Of a stretch of 43,924 bases of DNA, positions 1 through 9,037 are shown one piece after another. A program made the position numbers and the translations under genes. The number at the start of each line of letters is the position of its first letter. The first letter of the stretch is position 1. The DNA comes from a virus (lineage: Duplodnaviria; Caudoviricetes), in the IMG/VR virus record IMGVR_UViG_3300043394_000365, positions 1 to 43,924 of that record; one strand, written 5' to 3'. The notes under the pieces are model-generated. The model worked only from the letters and a program-made list of their open reading frames with translations. It ran no database searches and was not told where the DNA came from.

Positions 1-51
1 CCCACGGATAGGTTTTTTTTGCCCCGTCGAAAACGGGGACAGGACGATGAC

Positions 52-516
52 ATGCCCAACAAACCCGCAAAGCGCCCCCGTGGGCGGCCGGAACACCAGG
101 TGACCGCTGCCACGCGGCGCCAGGTGTCGATTGCGGCCGGCGGCGGCATGCGCCACGAGGACATTGCGATCGCGCTGGGCATCAGCCGCGAGACGCTGCG
201 CAAGCACTACATCACCGAGCTCACGGTTGTGGCCAGCCTTCGCCGGCTCGAGGTGTTGCAGTCCCTGCACATCGCTGCCAAGAAGGGCAGCACCAGCGCG
301 GCCAAGGCCTATCTGGCCAACGAGCCGCAACTTGAAGCGCCGCCTGCCGGTGTCGGCGACGGCGCGGCGGCGCCGGCCGTGCCCGAGAAGCAGGTCAAGA
401 TGGCCACGCCGCTGGGCAAGAAGGAACAGGCCAACGCCGACGCCAAGACGGCGCACGTGGGCACCGAGTGGGATTCGCTGCTCACCCCGACGGGTAGCCC
501 GCCGCCGCTTCAGTGA
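52..516 (+). CDS. terS: Terminase small subunit
   Basis: GRP..H..T motif, HTH-like 'DIAIALGISRETLRKHY'; overlaps terL start (GTGA). ATG at 52 after AGGA is preferred to TTG at 19. Confidence 0.85.
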   Translation: MPNKPAKRPRGRPEHQVTAATRRQVSIAAGGGMRHEDIAIALGISRETLRKHYITELTVVASLRRLEVLQSLHIAAKKGSTSAAKAYLANEPQLEAPPAGVGDGAAAPAVPEKQVKMATPLGKKEQANADAKTAHVGTEWDSLLTPTGSPPPLQ

Positions 517-2192
517 GCCTGGATCTCTCCTGCGCCGACTGGCCGCACCGGCTTCGTGCCGGCCGGCCGCTGGTGCCGGACCTGAACCTGTGGACGGAAG
601 AGGGCGAGCGAGCCGTTCAGGTCTTCCGTAGGCTGCGCCTGGCCGACGTGCCCGGCACGCCGACGCTGGCCGACGCCGGCGGCGAGTGGTTCTTTGCCAT
701 CGTGCGCGCGCTCTTCGGCGGCATGGATGCGGCGACGCGGCAGCGGTACATCCGCGAGCTCTTCTTGTTGGTGCCGAAGAAGAACAGCAAGACCACGAAC
801 GGCGCCTTGCTGATGTTGACCGCGCTGCTGCTGAACCAGCGGCCGCGCGCCACGTTCATCCTGACCGGCCCGGTGCAGGACTCGGCCGACCTGGCGTTTC
901 AGGCTGCCGCCGGCGCGATCGCGCTGGATCCGGTGCTTGAGAAGAAGCTCCACGTCCGCGAGCACCTGAAGACGATCATCCACCGGGAGACGCGGGCCGA
1001 ACTGCAGATCATGACCTTCGACCCGGCGGTGCTCACCGGGCAGAAGGTGTCGGGCGGCGTGCTCATCGACGAACTGCACGTGATCGCCAAGATGTCGAAG
1101 GCGGCCAGCGCGATCCGCCAGCTACGGGGCGGCATGCTGCCGTTCCCCGAAGCGTTCATGGCCTTCATCACCACGCAGAGCGAAGAAGCGCCGGCGGGTG
1201 TGTTCCGCGCCGAACTGCTCAAGGCCCGGGCGATCCGCGACGGCAGGCAAGAAGGCGCCATGCTGCCGGTGCTGTACGAACTGCCGGCCGAGATGCAGGC
1301 CGTGCAGGACGTGTGGCGGAACCCGGTCAACTGGCCGATGGTCACGCCGAACCTGGGCCGGTCGATCCAGCTGCCGCGCCTGATCGAAGAGTTCAAAACG
1401 GCAGCCGCGACCAGCGAGGAAGAGCTCCGGGCCTGGGCGTCGCAGCACCTGAACATCGAGATCGGCCTCGCGCTGCACAGCGACCGCTGGGCCGGCGTCG
1501 ACCACTGGCAGAAGCGCGCGAAGGCCGACCTGACGCTGGAGTGGTTGATCGAGGTCAGCGACACCATCGCCGTGGGCATCGACGGTGGCGGCCTGGACGA
1601 CATGCTGGGCCTGGCCATCCTGGGCCGGCACGCGATCACCGGCACGTGGCTGCTGTGGTCGCGGGCCTGGCTGCACCGCATCGCACTGTCCCGGCGCCAG
1701 CAAGAAGCGCCGCGCTACATGGACTTCGCAGCGCAAGGTGACCTGGTGATCGTCGACGACGAGAGCGAAGAGGACATCACGCAAGTCGCCGAACTGGTGG
1801 GCCAGGTGGTGCAGTCCGGCAAGCTGGACAAGGTAGGCGTCGACCCGGTGGGCATCGGCGCGATCGTCGACGCACTGGTAGCCGATGACTGCGGCGTGGA
1901 AGAAGACAAGGTGGTGGGCATCAGCCAAGGCTGGAAGCTCACCGGTGCCATCAAGACCGCCGAGCGCAAGTTGGCCAGCGGTTCGATGGTGCACACCGGC
2001 GCGCCGCTCATGGCCTGGTGTGTGGGCAACTGCAAGGCAGAGCCCAAGGGCAACGCAGTGCTGATCACGAAGCAGGCTTCTGGCTTCGCCAAGATCGACC
2101 CGGTGATGGCCGCGTTCAACGCGGTGTCGCTGATGTCCATGGCGCCGGCGCAGAACGTCGTCGGCGAAGACTACGAAATGACGGTGGTGTGA
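513..2192 (+). CDS. terL: Terminase large subunit
   Basis: Walker A-like VPKKNSKT, Walker B LIDELH, motif III ITTQ, nuclease GIDGGGLDD, C-terminal KIDPVMA. Confidence 0.96.
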   Translation: MSLDLSCADWPHRLRAGRPLVPDLNLWTEEGERAVQVFRRLRLADVPGTPTLADAGGEWFFAIVRALFGGMDAATRQRYIRELFLLVPKKNSKTTNGALLMLTALLLNQRPRATFILTGPVQDSADLAFQAAAGAIALDPVLEKKLHVREHLKTIIHRETRAELQIMTFDPAVLTGQKVSGGVLIDELHVIAKMSKAASAIRQLRGGMLPFPEAFMAFITTQSEEAPAGVFRAELLKARAIRDGRQEGAMLPVLYELPAEMQAVQDVWRNPVNWPMVTPNLGRSIQLPRLIEEFKTAAATSEEELRAWASQHLNIEIGLALHSDRWAGVDHWQKRAKADLTLEWLIEVSDTIAVGIDGGGLDDMLGLAILGRHAITGTWLLWSRAWLHRIALSRRQQEAPRYMDFAAQGDLVIVDDESEEDITQVAELVGQVVQSGKLDKVGVDPVGIGAIVDALVADDCGVEEDKVVGISQGWKLTGAIKTAERKLASGSMVHTGAPLMAWCVGNCKAEPKGNAVLITKQASGFAKIDPVMAAFNAVSLMSMAPAQNVVGEDYEMTVV

Positions 2193-2195
2193 CGC

Positions 2196-2390
2196 ATGAA
2201 CATCAAGCACTTCAACGTGTGCATGCTGCTGGGCTGGCTCATGCTGCTGGCCGGCGGCGTGCTCATTCACCCGGGCTGGGGCCTGGGCGTGGCTGGCGTT
2301 GTGCTCATGGCCGGCAGCGCGCTTACCGCGTACCTGGGTGGCGTGTACGCACCTGAGAAGCCGGCCGATCCCGGCCAGGCGAGCGCCTGA
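2196..2390 (+). CDS. Small two-TM membrane protein between terL and portal
   Basis: 64 aa, two hydrophobic segments, TGATG coupling to portal; a common position for such genes in HK97-like phages. Confidence 0.75.
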   Translation: MNIKHFNVCMLLGWLMLLAGGVLIHPGWGLGVAGVVLMAGSALTAYLGGVYAPEKPADPGQASA

Positions 2391-4393
2391 TGTTTCTCAC
2401 GCGCGCACCGGTCGCTGACGCCGGCGGCGACCGCTCGGCCTACGGCAACTGGTGGTTCGAGCCCGTGGGCATGCGCACCACGGGCGGCATGAACGTCACC
2501 AGCGCCAAGGCCATGGGCGTGCCGGCGGTGTGGTCCTGCATCAACGTGTTGGCCAAGTCGCTGGCCATGATGCCCTTCTGCCTGTACCGGCAGAAGCCGA
2601 ACGGCCGCGGGCGCGAGAAGGTGCTCAAGCATTGGCTGTACCGGCTGCTGGCCAAGGCGCCGAACCACTTTCAGTCACCCTTCGAGTGGCGCCAGATGAT
2701 CATGGGCCACCTGGCGCTGCGCGGAAACGCGTTCAACCAGATCCTGTCCAACGGCCGCGGCGAGATCGTGGAACTGCTGCCGCTGCACCCCGACCGCATG
2801 CAGATGGAGTTTCTGCCCAGCGGCGACTACCGCTACCTGTACACCGACCAGAACGGCAAGAAGCACACCTATCTGCCCAGCGAGGTGTGGCACCTGCGCG
2901 GCCTCAGCAGCGACGGCTATGTGGGCTTGAGCCCCATCGAAGTGGCGCGCGAGTCGATCGGCGAGAGCCTGGCCATGCAGAGCTACGCGTCGCGCTTCTA
3001 CGCGAACGACGCGCGCCCGGGCGGCTGGATCGAGTTCGACGGCAAGTTCGCCACCGACGGCGCGAAGCAGACGTTCCGCGAAAGCTGGCAGAAGCTGCAG
3101 GGCGGCGCCAATGCGCGCAAGGTGGCCGTGCTCGAGCGCGGCATGAAGTACCACGAGCTCAAGCTGAACAACGCCGATTCGCAGTTCGTCGAAGCCCGCT
3201 CGCGCAAGCCGGCCGAACTGGCCAGCATTTGGGGCGTGCCGCCGCACAAGATCGGCGACCTGTCCAAGAGCACGAACAACAACATCGAGCACCAGAGCAT
3301 CGAGTTCTGGACCGACACCATGCTGCCGTGGGCCGAAGCCTGGGAAAGCAGCATCAGCTTCTTTCTGCTGGGCGAAGAAGGCGAAGACCTGGAGCCGCAG
3401 TTCGATATGTCGCGCCTGATCCGCGCTGACAGCAAGAGCCGCGGCGAGCGCATCCGCAGCCTGGTGCTGGCCGGCGTCATGGCGCCCAACGAAGGCCGCG
3501 AAGAAGAAGGCCTGGATCCACTGGAAGGCCTGGACCGCCCGTTGCGCCCGCTGAACATGGTGCAGGTGAACGAGGACGGCAGCATCGACGCACCGGAAGG
3601 CAGCGCTTCAAGCCCTACCGGCCGCGGCCCGGATGGCGGCGCAGTGCCCGGCAAGGCCGAAGCCGCCGACCCGCGCTTGCTGGCGCTGGCCGGCGCAGCT
3701 GCTGACCGCATCGCACGGAAAGAAGTCGAGATGGTGGCCAAGGCCGGCGGCGACCGATCGCGCATGGTGGCCGCCTACGACAAGCACGCCAGCTTCGTGG
3801 CCAGCGCGCTGAACGTGGACGATGACGACGCCGCCATGTACTGCGCTGGCCAGGTGGCACTGCTGGACGAGCGCCCTGGCATTGATGCCGACAGCATGGG
3901 CGACATCGCGCGCACGCGCCTGGAGCGACTGGCCCTTGGCGGCAAGCCCGATCCGGTGAACGTCGGAGCCAATGCCATGCTGCGGCTGGCTGGTGCGATC
4001 TCGGCCATGCCGGCGCCCGTGGTGAACAACAGCATCGACGTGGCGCCTGCGGCTGTGACAGTGCCGGCACCCGTGGTGAACAACCAGATTGATGTGGCGG
4101 CGCCGATCGTGAACGTGCCGGCACCTGTGGTGCACAACCAGATCGACGTGGCCGCGCCGCAAGTGGACGTGCACGTGCCTGCCACCCATGTCGACGTGCA
4201 CGTGCCGCCGGCTGCAGAGCAACCGGCGCCCGTGGTGCATAACCACGTGCTGGTGGAGCCCGCGCCCCTGCACGTTCAGCAGCCCAAGCAGGGCGGCCAG
4301 GCCGATCGGCCGTGGCCTACCGAGACGGTCATCAAGAAGCGCGACGCGCAAGGCCGGGCTGACGTGATCGAAACCCGACCGCTGGACAACTGA
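2390..4393 (+). CDS. HK97-family portal protein with C-terminal extension of about 270 aa
   Basis: AVWSCINVLA, LRGNAF, LHPDR, VWHLRG..DGYVGLSPI, VLERGMKY, IWGVPPHKIG, NNNIEHQ, APNEGR motifs in the first ~400 aa. Confidence 0.95.
   Translation: MFLTRAPVADAGGDRSAYGNWWFEPVGMRTTGGMNVTSAKAMGVPAVWSCINVLAKSLAMMPFCLYRQKPNGRGREKVLKHWLYRLLAKAPNHFQSPFEWRQMIMGHLALRGNAFNQILSNGRGEIVELLPLHPDRMQMEFLPSGDYRYLYTDQNGKKHTYLPSEVWHLRGLSSDGYVGLSPIEVARESIGESLAMQSYASRFYANDARPGGWIEFDGKFATDGAKQTFRESWQKLQGGANARKVAVLERGMKYHELKLNNADSQFVEARSRKPAELASIWGVPPHKIGDLSKSTNNNIEHQSIEFWTDTMLPWAEAWESSISFFLLGEEGEDLEPQFDMSRLIRADSKSRGERIRSLVLAGVMAPNEGREEEGLDPLEGLDRPLRPLNMVQVNEDGSIDAPEGSASSPTGRGPDGGAVPGKAEAADPRLLALAGAAADRIARKEVEMVAKAGGDRSRMVAAYDKHASFVASALNVDDDDAAMYCAGQVALLDERPGIDADSMGDIARTRLERLALGGKPDPVNVGANAMLRLAGAISAMPAPVVNNSIDVAPAAVTVPAPVVNNQIDVAAPIVNVPAPVVHNQIDVAAPQVDVHVPATHVDVHVPPAAEQPAPVVHNHVLVEPAPLHVQQPKQGGQADRPWPTETVIKKRDAQGRADVIETRPLDN
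4010..4255 (+). repeat. 54-nt (18-aa) tandem repeat PAPVV(N/H)N(Q/S)IDVA in the portal C-terminus
   Basis: Units start at 4010, 4064 and 4118; degenerate copy near 4223. Confidence 0.9.
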
Positions 4394-4402
4394 GGACAGA
4401 GC

Positions 4403-4807
4403 ATGTCACTGAGCAACACCACCGAAAACGCGACGCTGAAGATGCACCTTCAGGGTACGGACCCCTCGTATCGCGCGGGCGCAACGCAGTACCTGGCGCT
4501 CTTCACGGCAGACCCCGGCGAAGCAGGTTCACTGGCAGCGGAGGCCACCTACACCGGCTACGCCCGCGTTGCGCTCACCAAGTCAAGCGCATGGACGGAC
4601 GGCGGAAGCAGCTTCACCAACGCCGCCCTGATCCAGTTTGGTGCCTGCACCGCCGGCACCAACGCGCTGACGCACTTCGCCGTGGTCGACACCGCATCGG
4701 GTGCGGTGGCGCAGATGATTATTGGCGCGCTGGCCGCGACCTTGAACGTGTCCAGCGGCATCCAGCCGCAGTTCGCTCCCGGCGCGCTGGCCATCAGTGC
4801 CGACTGA
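4403..4807 (+). CDS. Putative virion structural protein (fibre/appendage base-like, YARV motif)
   Basis: GAGGA RBS; YLALFTADPGE..EATYTGYARVAL..FTNAALIQF pattern resembles small phage fibre-associated proteins. Confidence 0.65.
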   Translation: MSLSNTTENATLKMHLQGTDPSYRAGATQYLALFTADPGEAGSLAAEATYTGYARVALTKSSAWTDGGSSFTNAALIQFGACTAGTNALTHFAVVDTASGAVAQMIIGALAATLNVSSGIQPQFAPGALAISAD

Positions 4808-4809
4808 TC

Positions 4810-4935
4810 GTGCACTACCGCTTTGTCCACTGCTACCGCTTGCTGGCGGTTGACGCGGACGAACAGCCGTTGCCTTGCCCCGACCATCCAGACGGCGCAG
4901 TGCAAGCGATAGGGCGAGACGAAGATGCTGAATAG
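4810..4935 (+). CDS. Small Cys/His protein (41 aa)
   Basis: GTG start 2 nt after the upstream stop; fills the gap; HC...CPDHP motif; overlaps the next start. Confidence 0.45.
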   Translation: MHYRFVHCYRLLAVDADEQPLPCPDHPDGAVQAIGRDEDAE

Positions 4936-5815
4936 CGTGGCCGCCATGAATGCCGCGTTCGACGCCGGCCAGACCCACACGCAGCGTTTCTTGAAGAACG
5001 CGGGCACGACGGGCGACGCGCGCTGGATCGACTGGGCTTTCTCTTCTGGCCAGCCTGCCTATGACGCGCGCATCGGGCCCGTCTTGTCGTTTGTGCCTGT
5101 GGTCGCGCAAGGCAACGACGCGATCTACTTTCCGCCCATTCCCGCCGGCATGGAGCGCCGGTTGCACAGCTTGACGATGCGCCCGCAAGCAAGCCAGGCA
5201 TCTCAGGCCAGCGTGGACTTCATCCTGTTCGACCTGGTGGGCTACTACCCGCTGATCGACGGTGACAGCCTGGACACGCAGGAGATGGATAACACGCTGA
5301 CCCTGCCGCGCTACACCGACGGTGAAGGGCTGCGGCTGGTGCTGGTGAACCACGTTGCGCCGGCGGTGCAGAACGGGCGCATGCTTCTGGAGTACACCGA
5401 CACGCAGGACGCAGATCACACCGCCGACATCGGGCTTGTGAACTGGGGCGTCAATCAGGTGGTGACCGGGGAACGGGCCAGCGTCACCACGGTTTCTGGC
5501 GGCTACGCCGTGCCGTTTGATGGTGGTGTCACTGGCGTCAAGCGAGTCAACCGCATCACCTACACGGTGGCGCCCGGCGGCCTGCACGCCATCTACGTGA
5601 TCAAGCCGCTGGCCACGCTTCAGCACTTCCACGACGCGCTGCTGCAAGCGGACACAACGGGCGTCAGGGCTGCGATCGAGAAGAACTTTGCGCTGCAGAG
5701 CGCTTGGAACATGCCGGTGATCAAGGACGGTGCGCACCTGTCCTTCTTCTATCGCCCCAACGGTGGCGGGCGCACTGTGGCGCTTTTCGGCGACCTCACC
5801 TTTGTCTGGAACTGA
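4925..5815 (+). CDS. Hypothetical beta-rich protein, paralog A
   Basis: 296-aa ORF, tightly packed, colinear similarity to 5818..6699. Confidence 0.8.
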   Translation: MLNSVAAMNAAFDAGQTHTQRFLKNAGTTGDARWIDWAFSSGQPAYDARIGPVLSFVPVVAQGNDAIYFPPIPAGMERRLHSLTMRPQASQASQASVDFILFDLVGYYPLIDGDSLDTQEMDNTLTLPRYTDGEGLRLVLVNHVAPAVQNGRMLLEYTDTQDADHTADIGLVNWGVNQVVTGERASVTTVSGGYAVPFDGGVTGVKRVNRITYTVAPGGLHAIYVIKPLATLQHFHDALLQADTTGVRAAIEKNFALQSAWNMPVIKDGAHLSFFYRPNGGGRTVALFGDLTFVWN

Positions 5816-5817
5816 CC

Positions 5818-6699
5818 ATGGCGATCCAAAGCATCGACAACCTGTACGCCGCCATCAGCGCAGGCCGGACCGACCGCCAAGACTGGAACAAGATCACCGG
5901 CGGCGCAGCCTACGCCGCCGGTCGGTGGTACGAGACTTTCAGCCTCAACGGGTTTCCGCCAGCCACCGCGTACCCTGGCACTGCGCTGGCGTGGAAGACC
6001 TGCGACGACGCCACCGGCGACGGAACCACGCGGTTCGGCATCCCGCACGGCGGCAACGTGTCCGCGCTGATCAAGCAACTCAGCACGCTGGCGGCATGGT
6101 CAACGGCCGCGACTGGTGTGCCGGCGGTTCTGAAGTTGGTCGACCTGCAGGGCTACTACCCCGGCATCTCGATGAACAGCGCCACGGCGCAGACCCTCAC
6201 CGGTACGCCCACGCTGCGCTATGCCAACGGCGCCGGCTGCAGGCTCGCGCTGGCCATTCGCACTTCTGCGGGCGCAACGGCGCACAACCTGGCCTTGAGC
6301 TACACCAACCAGGCCGGCACAGCGGGCCGCACCATGCCGGTCACCGTGGCTTGCACCGCATCGGCCATCACGCCGCACATCACGCACAGCGGCACGGCGG
6401 CCAACAACTATGGGCCTGAACTGCCCATGGCCAGCGGTGACACGGGCGTGCAGTCGGTGCAGACCGTCACTTTGTCGGCTGCATCACTGGCCGGCACGGG
6501 TGTTCTTCTGCTGTACCGGCCCATCGCGCAGATCCCGCTTTCAATCGCCTCACTCATGAGCGAAAAAGACTTCTGGAACCAGATGCCCAGCGCGCCGCAG
6601 ATCAAGGACGGCGCGTGCCTTGGGTTCTTGCTGGGTGCTGGCGCTGCCGTGGCTGCTGCAACCACGTTCGCGGGCGCCCAAGAGGTGGTTTGGGGCTGA
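5818..6699 (+). CDS. Hypothetical beta-rich protein, paralog B
   Basis: ATG (MAIQSID) 2 nt after paralog A stop; shared motifs DLxGYYP, RYxxGxG, TGV, IKDGAxL, terminal VW. Confidence 0.8.
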   Translation: MAIQSIDNLYAAISAGRTDRQDWNKITGGAAYAAGRWYETFSLNGFPPATAYPGTALAWKTCDDATGDGTTRFGIPHGGNVSALIKQLSTLAAWSTAATGVPAVLKLVDLQGYYPGISMNSATAQTLTGTPTLRYANGAGCRLALAIRTSAGATAHNLALSYTNQAGTAGRTMPVTVACTASAITPHITHSGTAANNYGPELPMASGDTGVQSVQTVTLSAASLAGTGVLLLYRPIAQIPLSIASLMSEKDFWNQMPSAPQIKDGACLGFLLGAGAAVAAATTFAGAQEVVWG

Positions 6700-6700
6700 C

Positions 6701-7468
6701 GTGCTGTACCCCAACGGTCAACTAGTCTTTGCCGCGTCGCCAAGGCTGACGGCCGGCGCGTTGGCAGCAACTGGTGCCGCAGGCTACGGTGGCATTCGGG
6801 GCGCACGCTTTAACCGGTACGTGAGCGAGACATTCAGCCCGGTTGTCGGCGGCCTCCCGTCAGGCTACGGCGGCCGGTCGGCTCTGCTGCCGGTGCGCGC
6901 TGGCGGCTTGTCGTCGGTGGTGGCGCTCAGCATCGCGGCCGCTGGCGCTGGCGTTCTCGGCCTTCCCGGCGATGGCGCGGCGGCCTTCACGGTATCGGTG
7001 TCAGATGCCGAAGGGCAGCTGATCTCTTCAGGGTCTGGTGCCGCTTCATTCAGCTTGACCGCTTCACCGCTGCTGCTGACGGCATCGCTGGGCGCCAGCG
7101 GCTCGGCTTCTTTGGCGATCACGACGAACACGCCGACGCTTGGTGCTGAAGCCAACTTGACAGGTTCGGCAGGCATGACTTTCGCTGGCGCGCTGACGCC
7201 TTACGCCATCGGCAACATGATCGGCTCCACGGTCGACGGCGGCACGTTGACCGCGGCATCGGTGGCTTCAGCGGTCTGGACGCAAGCCATCGAAGCCGGC
7301 TACACGGCAGAGCAGGTGCTTCGGATCTTGGCGGCGCATGCAGCAGGTGCAGCCACTGGGCTGGAGGGCGGCGATCCGCAGTTCACCGGTCTGGACGGAA
7401 CGACGGTTCGCATCAATGGAACCTACAGCGCCGGCACGCGAACGATCGACGCCATCAACGCGGCCTGA
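6701..7468 (+). CDS. Ala/Gly/Ser/Thr-rich fibre-like protein
   Basis: GTG start 1 nt after the upstream stop; repeated G-x-A-S-F/L-x-I/L strands; C-terminal TAEQVLRILAA..G helix. Confidence 0.7.
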   Translation: MLYPNGQLVFAASPRLTAGALAATGAAGYGGIRGARFNRYVSETFSPVVGGLPSGYGGRSALLPVRAGGLSSVVALSIAAAGAGVLGLPGDGAAAFTVSVSDAEGQLISSGSGAASFSLTASPLLLTASLGASGSASLAITTNTPTLGAEANLTGSAGMTFAGALTPYAIGNMIGSTVDGGTLTAASVASAVWTQAIEAGYTAEQVLRILAAHAAGAATGLEGGDPQFTGLDGTTVRINGTYSAGTRTIDAINAA

Positions 7469-7471
7469 CGC

Positions 7472-7744
7472 GTGGCCTGGCGTGGCAACTGGTCGGGCTG
7501 GTGGCCTGGCTCTTGGGAAGGCGACGACGAACAACCGCCGGGCAGCATGTCTGGCAGTGCTGGCATGTCCTTCGCGGCAGCCGGCACGCTGACGGCTACA
7601 GGCACGCAGCCGGTGCAAAGGCCGCAGGTGTTCTTCACCACGGCCGACGACATCCAGCGCATTCGCCGGCGCGAGTACGCGCGCTGGCTTGAGCAAGACA
7701 TTGACGACGAAACGGTGTGCCTGCTGGCCGCCGCTGTACTTTGA
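7472..7744 (+). CDS. Small protein with Trp-rich N-terminus and RRR..DDE..LL C-terminus
   Basis: 90-aa ORF closing the insert, packed against its neighbours. Confidence 0.65.
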   Translation: MAWRGNWSGWWPGSWEGDDEQPPGSMSGSAGMSFAAAGTLTATGTQPVQRPQVFFTTADDIQRIRRREYARWLEQDIDDETVCLLAAAVL

Positions 7745-7757
7745 AAGAGGTTCAACC

Positions 7758-8681
7758 ATGGCAGCCATTCACCGCCTGATCTCCTACGCCGCTTCCACGC
7801 CATGGGCCATGCTGCCCGACGTGATGCGCGCCTACGCTGCGATCCTGGCGCGGCATCACGCTGGCGTCCAAGATCAAGCGCCGAACCGGCAAGCGACCGA
7901 GCCCACCGCCGAAGCGCAAGCCGCCGCCAGCGCCAGCCAGCGCAACCGCGCCGGCGGCATCGCTGTGGTCCCGGTGTTCGGCGCCATCGTCGAGTGGCCG
8001 CACCAGATCGATATGTGCGAAGGCGGCACCAGCGCGCGCCAGATCAGCCGCGCGCTGGCGGAAGCCGAAGCCGACGACACGGTGGATCAGATCCTGATGG
8101 TCTTCGGCACGCCGGGCGGAAGCGTCTACGGTGTGCAAGAAGCCGGCGACGACATCCGCCGCGTGGCCGCCAAGAAGCCGGTGATCGGCGTGGCGCAGAG
8201 CCTGGCGGCTTCGGCCGGCTACTGGCTTCTGTCGCAGTGCACCGAAGCCTACTGCAGCCCGGGCGGCGAAGTCGGCAGCATCGGCGTGTACAGCGGGCAC
8301 GAGGACATCAGCAAGGCCATGGAGATGGCCGGCGTGAAGATCGAGCTCTTCAGCGCGGGCGAGTACAAGACCGAAGGCCACCCGTTCGGCCCGATGACCG
8401 ACGAAGGCAAGGCCTACCAGCTGCAGCGCGCGCAGGACTACTACCGTGCGTTCACGTCGGCCGTGGCGAAGGGCCGCCGCGTGTCGGTCGACCAGGTGCG
8501 CGACGGCATGGGCAAGGGCCGCGTGCTGGGCGCCAAAGCCGCCATGGACGCCGGCATGCTGGATGGCATCGCCACCATGGACGAGGTTCTGTCCAAGATG
8601 CGCCGCGCGCCGCGCAAAAGCGCCGGCCGTTCGGCGCTGGCCGCCGCGCAGGCCGCGCTGCAGATCGCGCAGGTGCAGTGA
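7758..8681 (+). CDS. S49 (SppA/lambda gpC-like) prohead protease
   Basis: TPGGSV, AASAGYWL, VGSIGV, AGEYKT motifs; AGAGG RBS before ATG at 7758. Confidence 0.93.
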   Translation: MAAIHRLISYAASTPWAMLPDVMRAYAAILARHHAGVQDQAPNRQATEPTAEAQAAASASQRNRAGGIAVVPVFGAIVEWPHQIDMCEGGTSARQISRALAEAEADDTVDQILMVFGTPGGSVYGVQEAGDDIRRVAAKKPVIGVAQSLAASAGYWLLSQCTEAYCSPGGEVGSIGVYSGHEDISKAMEMAGVKIELFSAGEYKTEGHPFGPMTDEGKAYQLQRAQDYYRAFTSAVAKGRRVSVDQVRDGMGKGRVLGAKAAMDAGMLDGIATMDEVLSKMRRAPRKSAGRSALAAAQAALQIAQVQ

Positions 8682-8923
8682 TGGCCACCGCACCGAAGGT
8701 TGCGATTCACCTGCACGAAATGCTGAAGCCGCTTCTGTCCTTGCCGCCCAACCTGGTGTCGCTGGACCTTCGCATGCGGATGAACGAAATCCCCATCGTC
8801 ACCTGCACCTACTACCCCGAGATCCAAGCCGATGCGACGCGCGCGCCTGTGACGCGTCGCTTCCGCCTGGAAGAAGTCACCGAACCCGGGCCCAGCACGG
8901 CCCAACCGCCGCAGAGCCCATAG
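8681..8923 (+). CDS. Hypothetical protein (80 aa)
   Basis: TGATG coupling to protease; fills the gap before capsid. Confidence 0.6.
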   Translation: MATAPKVAIHLHEMLKPLLSLPPNLVSLDLRMRMNEIPIVTCTYYPEIQADATRAPVTRRFRLEEVTEPGPSTAQPPQSP

Positions 8924-8967
8924 GCATCTGAAGCGCGGCCCCAACGGGCCGACTGTGCAACCCGCCT

Positions 8968-8996
8968 GCCCGCCTCGTGCGGGCTTCTTCGTTTTT
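8968..8996 (+). terminator. Intrinsic terminator-like hairpin upstream of capsid gene
   Basis: GCCCGC-ctcgt-GCGGGC followed by TTCTTCGTTTTT. Confidence 0.6.
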
Positions 8997-9037
8997 GGCC
9001 GCCGCAGTGCGGCTTTCTCACTTCTGGAGTTCCTGAC

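Noticed and set aside
11-38. Rho-independent terminator at window start
   Set aside because: The T tract precedes the hairpin on plus and reads as an A tract after it on minus
770-800. Inactive terminase due to non-canonical Walker A (PKKNSKT)
   Set aside because: Lys-Thr is retained, the other motifs are intact, and this variant occurs in other prophage terminases
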